Assembly (NCBI RefSeq): GCF_964355755.1
Contig: NC_092675.1
Coordinates: 29,732,912 to 29,796,911 of the forward strand
Length of the DNA stretch: 64,000 bases
Source of the DNA: Antedon mediterranea
Taxonomy: Eukaryota > Animalia > Echinodermata
Direction: 5' to 3'
Shown: positions 51,160-64,000 of the stretch, one piece after another
Layout: every line of letters starts with the position of its first letter
Position numbering within the stretch: position 1 is the stretch's first letter
Translations under genes and position numbers: made by a program
Notes under the pieces: generated by a model
Told to the model about the DNA's origin: nothing
What the model saw: the letters and a program-made list of their open reading frames with translations, nothing else
Database searches by the model: none

Positions 51160-51830
51160 AGATTTACGTTCATGCTACGTGAATGATGTAGATTTACGTT
51201 CATACTACGTGAATGATGTAGATTTACGTTCATACTACGTGAATGATGTAGATTTACGTTCATACTACGTGAATGATGTAGATTTACGTTCACACCACGT
51301 GAATGATGTAGATTCACGTTCATACTACGTGAATGATGTAGATTTACGTTCACACTACGTGAATGATGTAGATTTACGTTCACACTACGTGAATGATGTA
51401 GATTTACGTTCACAATACGTGAATGATGTAGATTTACGTTCACACTACGTGAATGACGTAGATTTACGTTCATACTACGTGAATGATGTAGATTTACGTT
51501 CATACTACGTGAATGATGTAGATTTACATTCACACTACGTGAATGATGTAGATTTACGTTCACACCACGTGAATGATGTAGATTTACGTTAGCACTACGT
51601 GAATGATGTAGATTTACGTTCACACTACGTGAATGATGTAGATTTACGTTCACACTACGTGAATGATGTATATTTACGTTCACACCACGTGAATGATGTA
51701 GATTTACGTTCACACCACGTGAATGATGTAGATTTACGTTCATACTACGTTAATGATGTAGATTTACGTTCATACTACGTGAATGATGTAAATTTACGTT
51801 TATACTACGTGAATGATGTAGACTTACGTT
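51160..51830. repeat. 30-bp minisatellite, about 22 copies
   Basis: (GATTTACGTTCATACTACGTGAATGATGTA)n. Confidence 0.95.
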
Positions 51831-52372
51831 TACGTTGGCAGAGGGTGTAAACCCCCTACTTTAAGTGGTCACTCACCTTTGTAACGACAACGTCACATAT
51901 GCTTATTATAGGAATATCGTACTATATATTTAATGTCATATTTATCTCTACCCGGTGATATGGGATAACCATACTTAAACAAGATATAATTAGCCCGATA
52001 TGAAAATTGATAGATAGATCCCTTTTGTAACGACGGACAGATTCACACTCAAACAAAATTGAACAAGTTAATCAACGGAAGACAGATTACATCATAGTTT
52101 AATATGCAGCTATCAGCAGCACATTCTGATGTTGTTATAAACCCATTGATTGTCAGCCTACACCCAACATTTATTTTATTGCCACCTTTGATCCAGACAG
52201 AGTTAGTTGCTATGGGGATGGTACACACAATACTACTCGAGTGCAAGTTCAAAGTTAAGTTTTTAGGTCGTTTTAAGTGTCTCTTGGGTAAAGCAATACC
52301 AGTGTGCAACAAGTGGTATCATAAATTGTCTAAACCACACCACAACATAAAACTTGCATTAAAAATACAACA

Positions 52373-52894
52373 ATGACAGCAATTGGTGAGTCATATTAAA
52401 TAATTTAATGTGTTATTTAATTGTTATTAACCTGTATTTTATTAAAGCATGGTGGGAGGATGCTATCCTTGGATTGAGTGTAGGCCTATTTCAATTTAAT
52501 ACTTGTATTATATGAAACCAGTGATGAAATAGTAGTAGTAGTTAGTAGTAGCGAAATAAATGTGAAAACATGATTATGTTTGGCTACCACAACATTTTAA
52601 AGACCCATTCATTTAAATTATGAAATCTTGTAACAGAAAATTGATAGTACTAATTATATTGACAATACGATTTATAAATAAAACTCTTAAATCCTGACTA
52701 ATAATAATATGTATTTGGATTAGATACAAGTATTAAATTTAAAAGAATAACATATCTTCAAATGCTTTTTGTTAAAAAATATTTTGCGGTACATTATCTT
52801 TAAACCATTTTTAAGCAAATAGGTTTAAAATGAATACAAATTATATACAAATATATATATATATATTATATATAATATATATATATATATATAT

Positions 52895-52938
<44 letters not shown>

Positions 52939-55900
52939 TATATATTATATATAATATATATATATATATATATATTATATATAATATATATATATATATT
53001 ATATACAAATTATATACAAATACAGTTTGTACAGTATAATTCTATCTATTTACTTTTCTCTATTTTAAAATATATAGCAATTTATCATACTTTTATTTAA
53101 AACCTAAATAATAAATAAATGACAGATTGTCTATCAACCTAACTTAATGCTGGCTACCTTTTTGCTTGTAGTTGTAGAAAAGTAATTTAATCTGATTTGA
53201 TTGATATGATTTTGATACCAATTGATTTCTGATATTTTCTATAAAATCTCTTAATTTAATTTAATAATCAAATTATAAATGCAAACAGGAATTTTCTAAA
53301 TAAAATGTCTTTATTTATATAAATAATTATTTCATTCGACAGAGGCAAAGATGGCGGTTTTTCGACCCCAAGGTAAACCACTTATTGTTCCAAACGCACT
53401 GAGTCACAACGTGAATACAGGTATGCTACCCACTACAAGGAAAGACTTTGCAGGGTCTAGACCAGCAACGTCATCAGGCACTAGGTTTGGTCAGCTCAGC
53501 CAAAACCCATTCTTCACCAGACATAACCCTCACCCTGGTCGTGTACGACACATCAAAGGTAAGGCCATTCACAATACTAAAATCTGAAAAGAAAAAGTAT
53601 ATTATATAAATTAATAGAAGTTCAAGAAGTACTGTAAAAACAAATAATCTCTAACTGTATCACCAAAATTTGAAATTTAGAAATTTTATGAAAATTAATT
53701 AAATAATTCTGTGAATATCTAGGCTTCCATTATATTTTACTTAAGTCAAGATATTAGAAAGTGCTTAAGTGAAAACAATCTTTATTTATCTACTAACCAG
53801 TTCTTTTTATCTCAACAAATGTACTGTCATCTAAGATAGAACAAAAAGTATTCACAAATATTTGCTATTTTGGAAACCTATACTTAAGAACATTCATTGA
53901 CTTAAAATTATGTTTTTGATATCAAGCAAATTTGATAAATCTGTGTTACTATCTTAAATGTTTTTTATGAGACATTTATGTGCAAATGTCTTCAACAAGA
54001 GTGACATTTTATGAAAAATCCGGAAATAAAATACATCACAAAATAAATGTACGGAAATGATATGATAAATCATGATTTTGTATGGTTAAAGATGTATTGT
54101 CTCCCTGAAAAAATAATTAAAACATTTTCTGTTGAATATGCCATTTTAATGTCACATATTAGTTATCCACTTTGATCAAAAATTAGATCTTCATTTTTCA
54201 TGTTTTTGGGGGACAAATACATCTTTAATGTTCTATGACAATTATTTAATGTATGTTTTGCAATTTACAATTTCCAAGGATTAAATGATATTCCAATTTG
54301 TGCCGTCCGTGATGATGACAGGCCTCCAACAGCCTACAGACGATTACCCACTTCTGAAACGCCGCGAAGATCCTATCAGATGCCTGCCACTCAAGCGAAT
54401 AAATTTGGTTCAAATCAACCGACACATCTTAGTGCGAAAGATTTTGACAGAAAATTACTACAAAATTTGAGTAAAAAATATCAATTAGAGATGAGTAAGT
54501 GAAGCATGTATTCTGGGTTGCCAATTGTCTGCTGTCTCACATCTTTACATATTTTTATTTCATGTTTCATTCTGAATTTAATTGTAGTTCACTAAAAAGA
54601 ATTTATATTCAACTACTAACAATTAATAATTTTTAAGAAACTTGTCCGCTTTTATTTGCAATGCAGCACGCCATTTTAACATATTCATAACAATTTGGAT
54701 ATTCTAGTTAGCATCGCCATTTTGTTCAACATGATCTATAATATAAAACAAGCTCTTGGAAGAGTTCAAGATTGATTTTGAGTAGAGTCGTAAACAAAGT
54801 TACATAAATTTACTTGTTAAGGGTTGTAATAAATGTTTATTTTAACAACTCTTGAATGAAGTGGAGCTGTAGTTTGGTGGTTAGCATGCTTGCCTTCCAA
54901 TCCAAAGGTCTGGGGTTCGATCCAGACCTAGTGCCAGGGTAACTCACGACTCTTTTAACTCCACTCGTTAAGCCTCAAATGAGACCTTAGTTTATAAGCA
55001 CGATAAATTATAAAATAGTTTATCCATCCTGTAATTGGCAAGTTTGTGTTGGCTGTTGGATGCGAATGAAATAAAAAAAAATATAATGGGAAAAATGATA
55101 TTGACATTTCTATGAATTCAAGTGTAATAATCAAAAATCCTATCAAACATTCTTATTAGTTGTTTTTACTTTACAGTTTTTCTTTAGCATGTTCCATCTG
55201 CTTTCAATCTTACTTTTTATTCACTAACCTACAAAACACATGGAAAGGCAACTAACTGCCTTAATTCATAACATTGACTACTCATCATGTTAATATGCTC
55301 ACAAAAACTCAAGGCAATTGTCTCTTAGCAACCAAAAATGCATGTGGTCACTTTACAGCAATACCTAGCAACTGAGGATCTTCGGCAGGCAATCAGACGG
55401 GGCATGTGAGGGAGGCAGGCGGGGCATGTGAGGGAGGCAGGCGGGGCATGTGAAGTAGTCAGGTCTATATTTAGGCATGTAGACAATGTTCAAATAGATA
55501 TCCACCATTTTCCCTACTGTTTGCTATCAAACCAAAATGCGGTGCTCATTTGCATGTTTTAATACGCAGGTTTACTAGACGTTCCGATATGTACGGTGCA
55601 TGATGATGGTTACATGTCAAACGTGAAATACGGCAAGGCCAAACCACCATCAACCGCAGACAGCCGAAAGCTCTACTCATACAGCATCCCTCAGCGAATT
55701 AACAGACATAATTATAAAATTCAAAATTTAAATCCAACTTTGAACTCAGGGATGTTTCCAATTAACACGATAACTGGTTTGAGTTCTTACCCAATGGGGT
55801 TTAAAGAGAAAGCGTACCCAAAGCTAGGTGTTGGTAAGTGATCATCGCTTTAAAATACTCACCTTTAGGTTGTACTACACGGGCATACAAGCAATAGAAT

Positions 55901-58900
55901 AAGATCTGAACATGCTCACAAACTAATGAATGTTGTCATAGCTTCTGTAACTGGAACCCTAGTATTGGGACAGCTTTGAGACCCAACAAAGTGTCCTCTT
56001 AATAGCCTTAAAAGTCTCCTAAACAGGGTTTGGTCGTGTTAAAATATATATTGCTTGCCCGATTGCTTGTCCGAAAGTTTCTCCTTAATATGGGTGTACT
56101 AATGGAGATGTTCTACAGTATACCGTATACTAAATTGGGAATCACCGTGGATGCGAAAAATTTAAATCATACATGCTCATGATTAATCTATTGTTTTAGT
56201 GCTGTGTAGTACAACTCAAAGGTTACTATTTTTACTGCAACACAACTTAACTATCATCTTATGTTTGTGAATATAATACTAATCCTGTCGTGTAATAGTT
56301 TTTTAACTAACTATACATTTCAAATTACGGTACTAACAATCTACTCATTTAAAAGCACTGTATTGCATTGAAAAATAAAAAACACTTTAAATAAAATATA
56401 ATACAGCAGGGCACTTATAGTCGGATGGGTTTTAACTAACTATACAGATTACAGATTACAGAAAAAATATATTTGTTTATAAACAAATAAATGTAAGTAT
56501 GCAAAACAATGTATCTTTAATATACTATTATTGAAATAAAATGTACATATTATTTATCATTAATTTATATACATTGCAAAAATATGTTAAACTTAAAATT
56601 TGAATTTGAATACCCTTAAAAATGCACAAAAAAATATATAAAATAAATATACTGTATAAAAATAAATATATATAAATTAAAATCCATTTTTCAATGACTA
56701 TTCTATAATTTATAAATTTAATAAATTGTTTTAATTTAATATTAAAGTACCCATGACAGACTCCTGGCGTGATGAATTACGAGAATTCACAGAGAAGGCT
56801 GGTCTAAGCCTGCCGAGAGAGGTAAGAGAACAGCAAGATGAACTGCCTCGTAGAACGTCTGTCTACTCGGCAGAAACAGGCAGACTGATACCATCAAGGT
56901 CTATGCAGCGAGGATATTCAAGACAGCGCCAACGTGAACCTCATTATTTTAATCATATCCAACCAGAGCAAGCTAATGAATCACTAGTAAGTATTGTATG
57001 AATAATGAAGACAATTATAATACGACGTCGTTATATAATGATTTGATAGAGGTTATGATGCATATGATTATGGACTTTATAATGATTTGATAGAGGTTAT
57101 GATGCATATGATGATGGACTTTATAATGATTTGATAGAGGTTATGGTGCATATGATGGACTTTATAATGATTTGATAGAGGTTATGGTGCATATGATGGA
57201 CTTTATAATGATAATATAATGAAAATAATTTAAAAAAAATGAATACAGTAATGTAATAATGTCATGGTGATAATTATGGCCACTAACCATTAATCATTAT
57301 ACAAATAATGAATGTTTATGAGTTGGATGGTGAGAATATTTCATGAGTTGAACAGTTCTATATTTACCAAGGCGGAGCTGAGTTGAGTTATACAACAGTC
57401 AATTTTTCATTGAATGAAATATTCTTTCCATTCAACGAATACAAAACATTTATCAATGAATACAAACAGTAGGTTGGGAAGCTATTAAATAGACGCAGAA
57501 TACAGTTATTGATGGTGAGCACAACAAGTCCATTTCCGAACGTGATCAGTCTAAACGTCAGTTATTGATGGTGAGCACAACATGTCCATTTCCGAACGTG
57601 ATCAGTCTAAACGTCATGTTGCAAAAATTCTCAAAATGTTTACAGAAAGCTGAACATGCATTAGAGCGTGTTATTTATCACCATTAGATATGTCACTTTT
57701 TCGTTAGGTAAAGCTAAAACATGATGCGAAATTAACCAATTAAATTACCAGAATACAATCAGTGTTATAAAACATGATAAATGACAATGATGTTCTATTG
57801 ATATTTGTTAACATTCAAGTGTGCCATTGTACGACACCAATATAAACCTTTATATTATTTTTTCTACTACAGATATTGGAAATGCTCTGTCAGATTCTAC
57901 AGACAGATTCTATAAGTGCTGTCCAGTCTTGGTTAGTTTCAGCGAATCACAGAGGTAAACAATCATGTATTATATAGTAAAATATTAAACATTATAACAC
58001 TCTCCTTCACAACAACAAGAATCTACTTAGATGTTATATGAACAAATAATAAATGTTTTTTATATTTATGCAATGGTACAAATAATTTCATTTGGTGAAA
58101 TATGAAATTCCATTTTCAACCCGGCTTTACCTTTTATGAATCTTATAAAATTATTTGTACCATTACACTCATAATCATTCATTATTTGTACCATTACACT
58201 CATTAAGCATTCATTATCTTTACCATTACACTCATAAGCATTCATTATCTGTACCATTACACTCATAAGCATTCATTATTTGTACAATTACACTCATTAA
58301 GCATTCATTATCTTTACCATTACACTCATAAGCATTCATTATCTGTACCATTACACTCATAAGCATTCATTATTTGTACCATTACACTCATTAAGCATTC
58401 ATTATTTGTACCATTACACTCATAAGCATTCATTATCTGTACCATTACACTCATAAGCATTCATTATTTGTACAATTACACTCATAAGCATTCATTATTT
58501 GTACCATAACATTCATAAGCATTCATTATCTGTACAATTACACTCATAAGCATTCATTATTTGTACCATTTCCCATAAGCATTCATTATTTGTACCATTA
58601 CACTCATAAGCATTCATTATTTGTACCATTCATTATTTTAAACAGAAATGGAAAAATCAATTCATTTTTCAAATTCCTTAAACATACAGAAAAAGATTTA
58701 GTTTTGGACATGATTCGAACAGCTATGCTGCCAGATGAGCAAACCCTAAGGCAGCAGTTCGATCCTTCATTAATGCATCAACAACCGCCTTCAAACATGA
58801 ACTTACAAAATGGATATGGAGAAATAGATAAATTCCATGAGGAAGACCAAACGCGGTATTCACGGTATGCTTATGATGAGGATGTACGTAAAAGCGCTTC

Positions 58901-61131
58901 ACGCAAGTCTGATAGAAAAGGTATAAAAACAATTTAGTAATTTGTAATCTAGTTTTATCAATTTTAATTTAAACTATTCAATCCAATTACATTTATTGTG
59001 GATTTTACAACAATAAAACATACATCACACATGCTGTACCTGGGGACATCACACATGCTGTACCTGGGGACATCACACATGCTGTACCTGGGAACATCAC
59101 ACATGCTGTACCTGGGAACATCACACATGCTGTACCTGGGAACATCACACATGCTGTACCTGGGAACATCACACATGCTGTACCTGGGGACATCACACAT
59201 GCTGTACCTGGGGACATCACACATGCTGTACCTGGGGACATCACACATGCTGTACCTGGGGACATCACACATGCTGTACCTGGGGACATCACACATGCTG
59301 TACCTGGGGACATACACATGCTGTACCTGGGGACATCACACATGCTGTACCTGGGGACATCACACATGCTGTATCTGGGGACATCACACATGCTGTACCT
59401 GGGGACAGCAAATTCAATCTCTTTCGATGGGACGTCTCAGTCAGCAGTGATACAACTTTACAAATTTAAAATAAAACTTGGAAAAGATTGGTTTTATTAA
59501 TTTAGGTTAGTTGGCCACAGGACCCACATTGATTATTATGACATTTCAAGTTTCAATTTATTTTAACATGTTTTACAAGTTTATATGATAACTAACAAAT
59601 GGTTATGGATGATTGTAAGAGCGAGGCTCGTTTACCGGTGTCCCATAGTGCAGTATATTACAAACAACATGAAGATAGGACAAAGGTGCAATAATACATA
59701 ACAAAACAATATGTACTGTACAGGGATAGCTTTTACATTGATTAGGGTGTGGCTGAGTGTTAAATGTATATTTCCCTTTTTTCACAGAAAAGTGTTTTCC
59801 TAATAGGGGCTACTTTTCTGAATCATGATTTGTAAAAAGTAGATGGATAACAATTTGAATCATTCATTGACTGCTGGTTGTTCTTGAATAAAAAATAATA
59901 CTAAGGGTACTATCTGTTGTTACTTACAGTATCTAATAAAGGGTTACTGATTTCAACCTTATTATCTACAGTACAACCAATTAAAATGATTGATCTTTCA
60001 ATTTTAAAAACTACAAAAATAGAAGCAGAATAGAGATGCACTTAAACATTGACATTAATCTCAATACACTTATATCTTGGCAACCAAAACATGACCACTT
60101 TACAGCTAAATATATAAGTTACTAAGCAACAGTTTAATTGTCAATCAGTGTGTACACATCACAGCTCAAAAACTCTTTAAATTCTTGTTTGTTTGTTTTA
60201 TTGATTTCCACACATTGTGTACACTCTAAATCAACATACATAATTAAAAGCGGAATGAGTGTGGAAGGTGACCAAAGCTCTGTTTACAATATCAAACTAG
60301 TTTGACAAAGAATGTGTGATGTGGCAATATAATTGATAGTAATATGACATCATCATGTCCATATATGGGCACATCACATTTTTTTGTCACATAAAGTTTG
60401 ATAGTGTAGACAGAGCTTTAGTTAAAAAGTTATTGGAGAACTAAAGAAGTTCTCACTTAATATATAAAGATTAAAAACAAAAGAAAGTCCAAACGATAGA
60501 TAAAGAAGAAGATATCCATAAATCCAGATGCAAATTAAATAAATTTGTGTGAAACTCTCCCGCTCTTCTTCTGTTGGTACTCTTTTTGATATTCATCGCT
60601 GCAGAACTGAATCTTCTTTTCAATCATATATCCAACGTGTTACCAGAATTTGGAATAGTTTACCCAGTAAAATCCGCAACTTAAATATTTCTGTTAGTTC
60701 TTTTATCTCAATATTTATTTTTTAAATAATTTCGATATTGAAAATGTGTGTAGTTGGTCGCTTTCTTGTCGATGCTTTTATTGTAGAACGTAATTTATTT
60801 ATTTTTCTCTGTTCTGGGTTGACCAACTAGCATAGGTGTTTAGCACCTGTTTGGTCTTTCCGTGCCTCCTTTTATAATTGTTTTGTCTTCTTATGTTTAT
60901 GGCAGAAATTGAATAAAAAAAAAAAAAAAAAAAAAAATACAAGAAAATATCAGAAAGAGAAATTCTTGGACGATAAAGAGATTAAAAATATATATTTACT
61001 ATTAGTATTATACTATTGTTATTATTACTTTTTTTGTTACAGGTTCATCAAAAGCTGATATTTTAAAAATCCATGATTCTCCACGAGCTGAGTCACCCTC
61101 AAAAGGAGTAAAAAAGCCACCGAGTAACTAA
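52373..61131 (+). CDS. TBATA: TBATA (C10orf27)-like protein, multi-exon
   Basis: Exons 52373-52385, 53343-53558 (RFGQLSQNPFFTRHNPHPGRVRHIKG), 54279-54494 and/or 55570-55833, 56748-56986 (TDSWRDELREF...YSAETGRLIP), 57873-57954 (ILEMLCQILQTDSISAVQSWL), ~58690-58920 (EKDLVLDMIRTA) and 61043-61131. Confidence 0.85.
52845..53015. repeat. (TA)n microsatellite
   Basis: Interrupted TA run. Confidence 0.95.
54090..54224. mobile_element. 135-bp TTAA-flanked MITE (Kolobok-like)
   Basis: TTAA|AGATGTATTGTCTCCC...GGGGGACAAATACATCT|TTAA; a related longer copy lies at ~49482-49835. Confidence 0.75.
54861..55082 (+). mobile_element. tRNA-derived SINE
   Basis: tRNA(Gly-TCC)-like head with A-box-like TAGTTTGGTGG, CTTCCAA loop and B box GGTTCGATCC; unrelated body; A-rich tail. 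Confidence 0.75.
57030..57212. repeat. 43-46-bp tandem repeat, about 4 copies
   Basis: TTATAATGATTTGATAGAGGTTATGATGCATATGATGGACT units. Confidence 0.9.
57503..57616. repeat. 56-bp tandem duplication
   Basis: CAGTTATTGATGGTGAGCACAACA...CTAAACGT occurs twice. Confidence 0.9.
58150..58635. repeat. ~31-bp minisatellite
   Basis: (TTATTTGTACCATTACACTCATAAGCATTCA)n. Confidence 0.93.
59023..59408. repeat. 23-bp minisatellite, about 17 copies
   Basis: (CATCACACATGCTGTACCTGGGGA)-like units. Confidence 0.93.
60545..60938 (+). mobile_element. 5'-truncated CR1-like LINE with poly(A) tail
   Basis: HRCRTESSFQSYIQRVTRIWNSLPSKIR...ENVCSWSLSCRCFYCRT*, then a 3' UTR, AATAAA and a ~23-nt poly(A). Confidence 0.85.
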
Positions 61132-62585
61132 GTCAAATCACCGAGTAACGGAAGGTCAATGCAAAACTATCAACTAACTAAGTTAACGTGAAACCACAAG
61201 TAAACTATAAGTTAATGTCAAAGCCGGTATATTTAACAATGAATGGTACTGACTGGTATATTGTAATGAAGTGGTATTGGTACTTGGTACTACTGTAGTA
61301 CATGATAATGGATGGTATGGTATATGGAATCATGGTGTATGGTACTGACTTGTTTGTACATAATGGAGTAGGTACATTAACATTTTATTGGTACTCTAAC
61401 AACTGTAGTACATATGGCATATGAAATCATGGTAAATGGTAGAGTACATTACATGAGATGGTATTGGCAGTCAACATAAGACGACTGTACACTAATAATA
61501 CTGAAGTATCTATTAACTGAATAATTTTAAATAAATTAAAACGTGTTGGGTATTAAACTCATAAAGCAAAAGCTGTTCCTACTATTTTGTTGTAGTTACC
61601 AAATGTTTTTTTTCTATTCATTAAAAGTAAAATGCTGAAAAACTGTGGTGATAATGGTGTTTTACTAGTTTGAGTTACTAGTTTAATTCCTAAATGATCA
61701 AAATTCTCTCAATTTGGTCTAACATTATTGATGTTATGTTTAAGTGCTATTTTCAGGTTTTATTTTACAATAAAGTAAGTGAATGTTACTATGTGCTATT
61801 AAAGTACAATAGTCTATCAACACTGTAAAATATTCAATGTAAATATTAACTAATGTAAATAGTATTGTTGAAAATACATTAATGTTGATATCTCTATTCA
61901 TATTGAAACTATTTGCTGTACTTTTGTTGGCATTAGGTTTTTGGCGATATTTCTGTCATGTGATACAGATTAAAATTGAAAGGTTTTTAAAAATATATTA
62001 TCATCATAAGTTCATAGTTCAAATTAAAGGTTTGGTTTAACAAGTTTTTCAGCGTGTACTATATGTAATGTTAAACCATCACTGGCACTACACCGTGTTC
62101 TTATGCAATAAATGTATATTTGTGAGAAAATATGTGGAATTATAATCTATTTTATTTAAATAAATAAGAAAATTCATCTTAGTATTTTAGGTTCACTTCA
62201 GTTGTGGAAGACAATGTATTTGTGTTTATGATTCTCTATTTTGAAGATGTAGTTTAGTTTGAACATTGAGATGGAGCTTTTATTCATAAGCTACATATCT
62301 TGATAAAGCCGTAGATTATGGCTGTTAAGGAATAATAAAGAAGGGATTTACTGTACGAAGACTTTGAATTTTGCAAAAAACAATGCCATCATTTGCATAC
62401 ATGGCCTAAAGCTTTTTTTCCAGCAAGCTGTATATATGTAAATCAAACTTACAAACTTTGCACTAAAAAAAAAAAATTATTTTCCTTCTCCATCACAATA
62501 ACATGGCTCATCCTGTAAGTGCCTTCCGTTTCTCATATATGTCCCAATAAAACAAAATTTAAAAGAGGAGATATCTACCGTCTCA

Positions 62586-63440
62586 TCAGCTGTCGTCTTC
62601 AGTTTTCTTTTCTTCTTTAACTTCTTGTGAAACACTGTAAGCACTTTGCTTATCTGATATATTTGTCATTTCATCTTTTAAATTCATGCATTTCTGGTCC
62701 TTAGCATCAAGTAATGCGTCTGCTGACAAAATGTTTTTACTTATCAAAACTTCACTATCATCTTGAGATTGACTATCTTCTGTTTTGACCTCCTTTTTTA
62801 TCTTAATTTTATCATTTTCATCTGTTTTTATACAGTTTTCATTTTGTTCATTACCATCAAGTTTTTCCTCGCTATTTTCTGTCATTTTATTGTCTGTTTT
62901 ACAATCTGTTAATTGTTTTCTAAGTGGAATAACCTTTGAAATGGTTTCCTGCCAACTGTTACACTGAACAAACTGCAACATTATTTCAAAAACTGAAAAG
63001 CAAAAAAGTTAATAATGATTTATGATACAATTTATGATAATCTGTATAGTATTTGAGAACATTAAATTAGCATCTGAAATGTTATATACCCTGGGATAGG
63101 AATTGGCTGTAGTGTTAAAACAGTTGAGCCTCTATTGAGGACACCTTCAGGACCAAAAAAAGTGCCTTAACAGAGATGTCTCCTAAATCAAAGCATATTG
63201 AGGATGATTAAAGCATATTAACTTAAATATTAACTACATACGTGTTGCACCTCAAATTTTATATCAACATATTGATTACGTCATGCAAACCTTCAAGTAA
63301 AAGAGATTAATTAATCTATGGGCCAATAACATACCATGATTTACTGTCAGCACTTTCCTGGATTTCAATTGGACGTTATTACCTAATGGCAACTGAGCAT
63401 GCTCCCAACCTTTATCAACTGCATTCTGGAAACATACACC
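62586..63440 (-). CDS. TRMT10A: tRNA m1G9 methyltransferase TRMT10A, last two coding exons (gene continues beyond the window)
   Basis: Exon 63335-63440 (GVCFQNAVDKGWEHAQLPLGNNVQLKSRKVLTVNH) plus exon 62586-62992 (VFEIMLQFVQCNSWQETISKVIPLRK and an acidic tail). Confidence 0.88.
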
Positions 63441-63574
63441 CTGCAGAGAAAAAAAATAATAGTATATAGAGGGCTCATTTAGTTATTATTACAAAATACT
63501 TTTCAAGCAAGCAAGCTGGGAAAAAATGGTGCTATGATTACAGCATACACTGAGCAAGGAATTTAAGACAAATA

Positions 63575-63931
63575 ATTTATTTTTATTTTTTTATTTTATT
63601 CAATCGAAACCAACAGCGATAATTACCGCCACTAACAGGTTTGATACAAACAAAGCCAGGACTGTTTAAAGCACCTTGATTGGTCCTAACATTGATCAAG
63701 GGCTTCTCTCGTCCAGTGCTCACCTTGACCAGAAGTCTGAGGCAGATACTAGATGCAGGGGCTGCCATAAGAGTCAGCAGTGCTGATTTCAAATGCCTAA
63801 CGGGACCCCAGCTCCATATACAGCACCCGTTATTCCCAGATGGTCTCCCATCCAAGCTCTAACCAGGCCCAACGTCGCTTAACTTCGGTGATCTGACGAG
63901 AACCGGTGTTTCAACGTGGTAAAGCCGTATC
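63575..63931 (-). mobile_element. 5S rRNA-derived SINE (SINE3 class)
   Basis: 63817-63931 is a near-complete 5S rRNA (TACGGC...CGGTTCTCGTCAGATCACCGAAGTTAAGC...GCTTGGATGGGAGACC...GTGCTGTA) with no T-run terminator, followed by ~220 bp of body and an (AATAA)n tail. Confidence 0.85.
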
Positions 63932-64000
63932 TACCGTATAAGAAACTAATCTGGTTGAACATTACACTCACTTTATGGTGGTTGTGATCCACTAGGCCCC

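Noticed and set aside
54861-54935. Functional tRNA-Gly gene
   Set aside because: Acceptor and T stems do not pair cleanly and it continues into a SINE-like body.
41740-59500. Repeat-derived ORFs at 41740-42499, 50961-51850, 52830-53039 and 58964-59500
   Set aside because: Translations of intronic minisatellites or microsatellites with no splice or domain support.
63817-63931. Functional 5S rRNA gene
   Set aside because: Carries substitutions, lacks an oligo-T terminator and continues into a SINE-like body and tail.

Overview
AT-rich, intron-rich animal genomic DNA, probably an invertebrate deuterostome such as an echinoderm (inference); it is not prokaryotic. Genes in order: an unnamed Thr-rich single-pass membrane-protein gene (-); a spliced 48-aa SMIM27-like microprotein gene (-) head-to-head with TOPORS (+); KAT14/CSRP2BP (-); IFT74 (-) head-to-head with a TBATA-like gene (+); and the 3' end of TRMT10A (-). 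The most striking structure is a 5.5-kb, three-level nest of five non-autonomous foldback DNA transposons at 29752-35281. Each has TATGG...CCATA ends, its own 6-bp target-site duplication (TSD) and 21-bp subrepeats, and every inner copy sits in the short central spacer of another copy. Also seen: a U12-type intron and a split start codon in IFT74, an intronic Penelope-type hammerhead ribozyme, duplicated and possibly mutually exclusive TBATA exons, tandemly amplified splice donors, 5S- and tRNA-derived SINEs, several MITE families and many minisatellites. Gene names come from remembered protein motifs, not database searches, and exon boundaries were read by eye.
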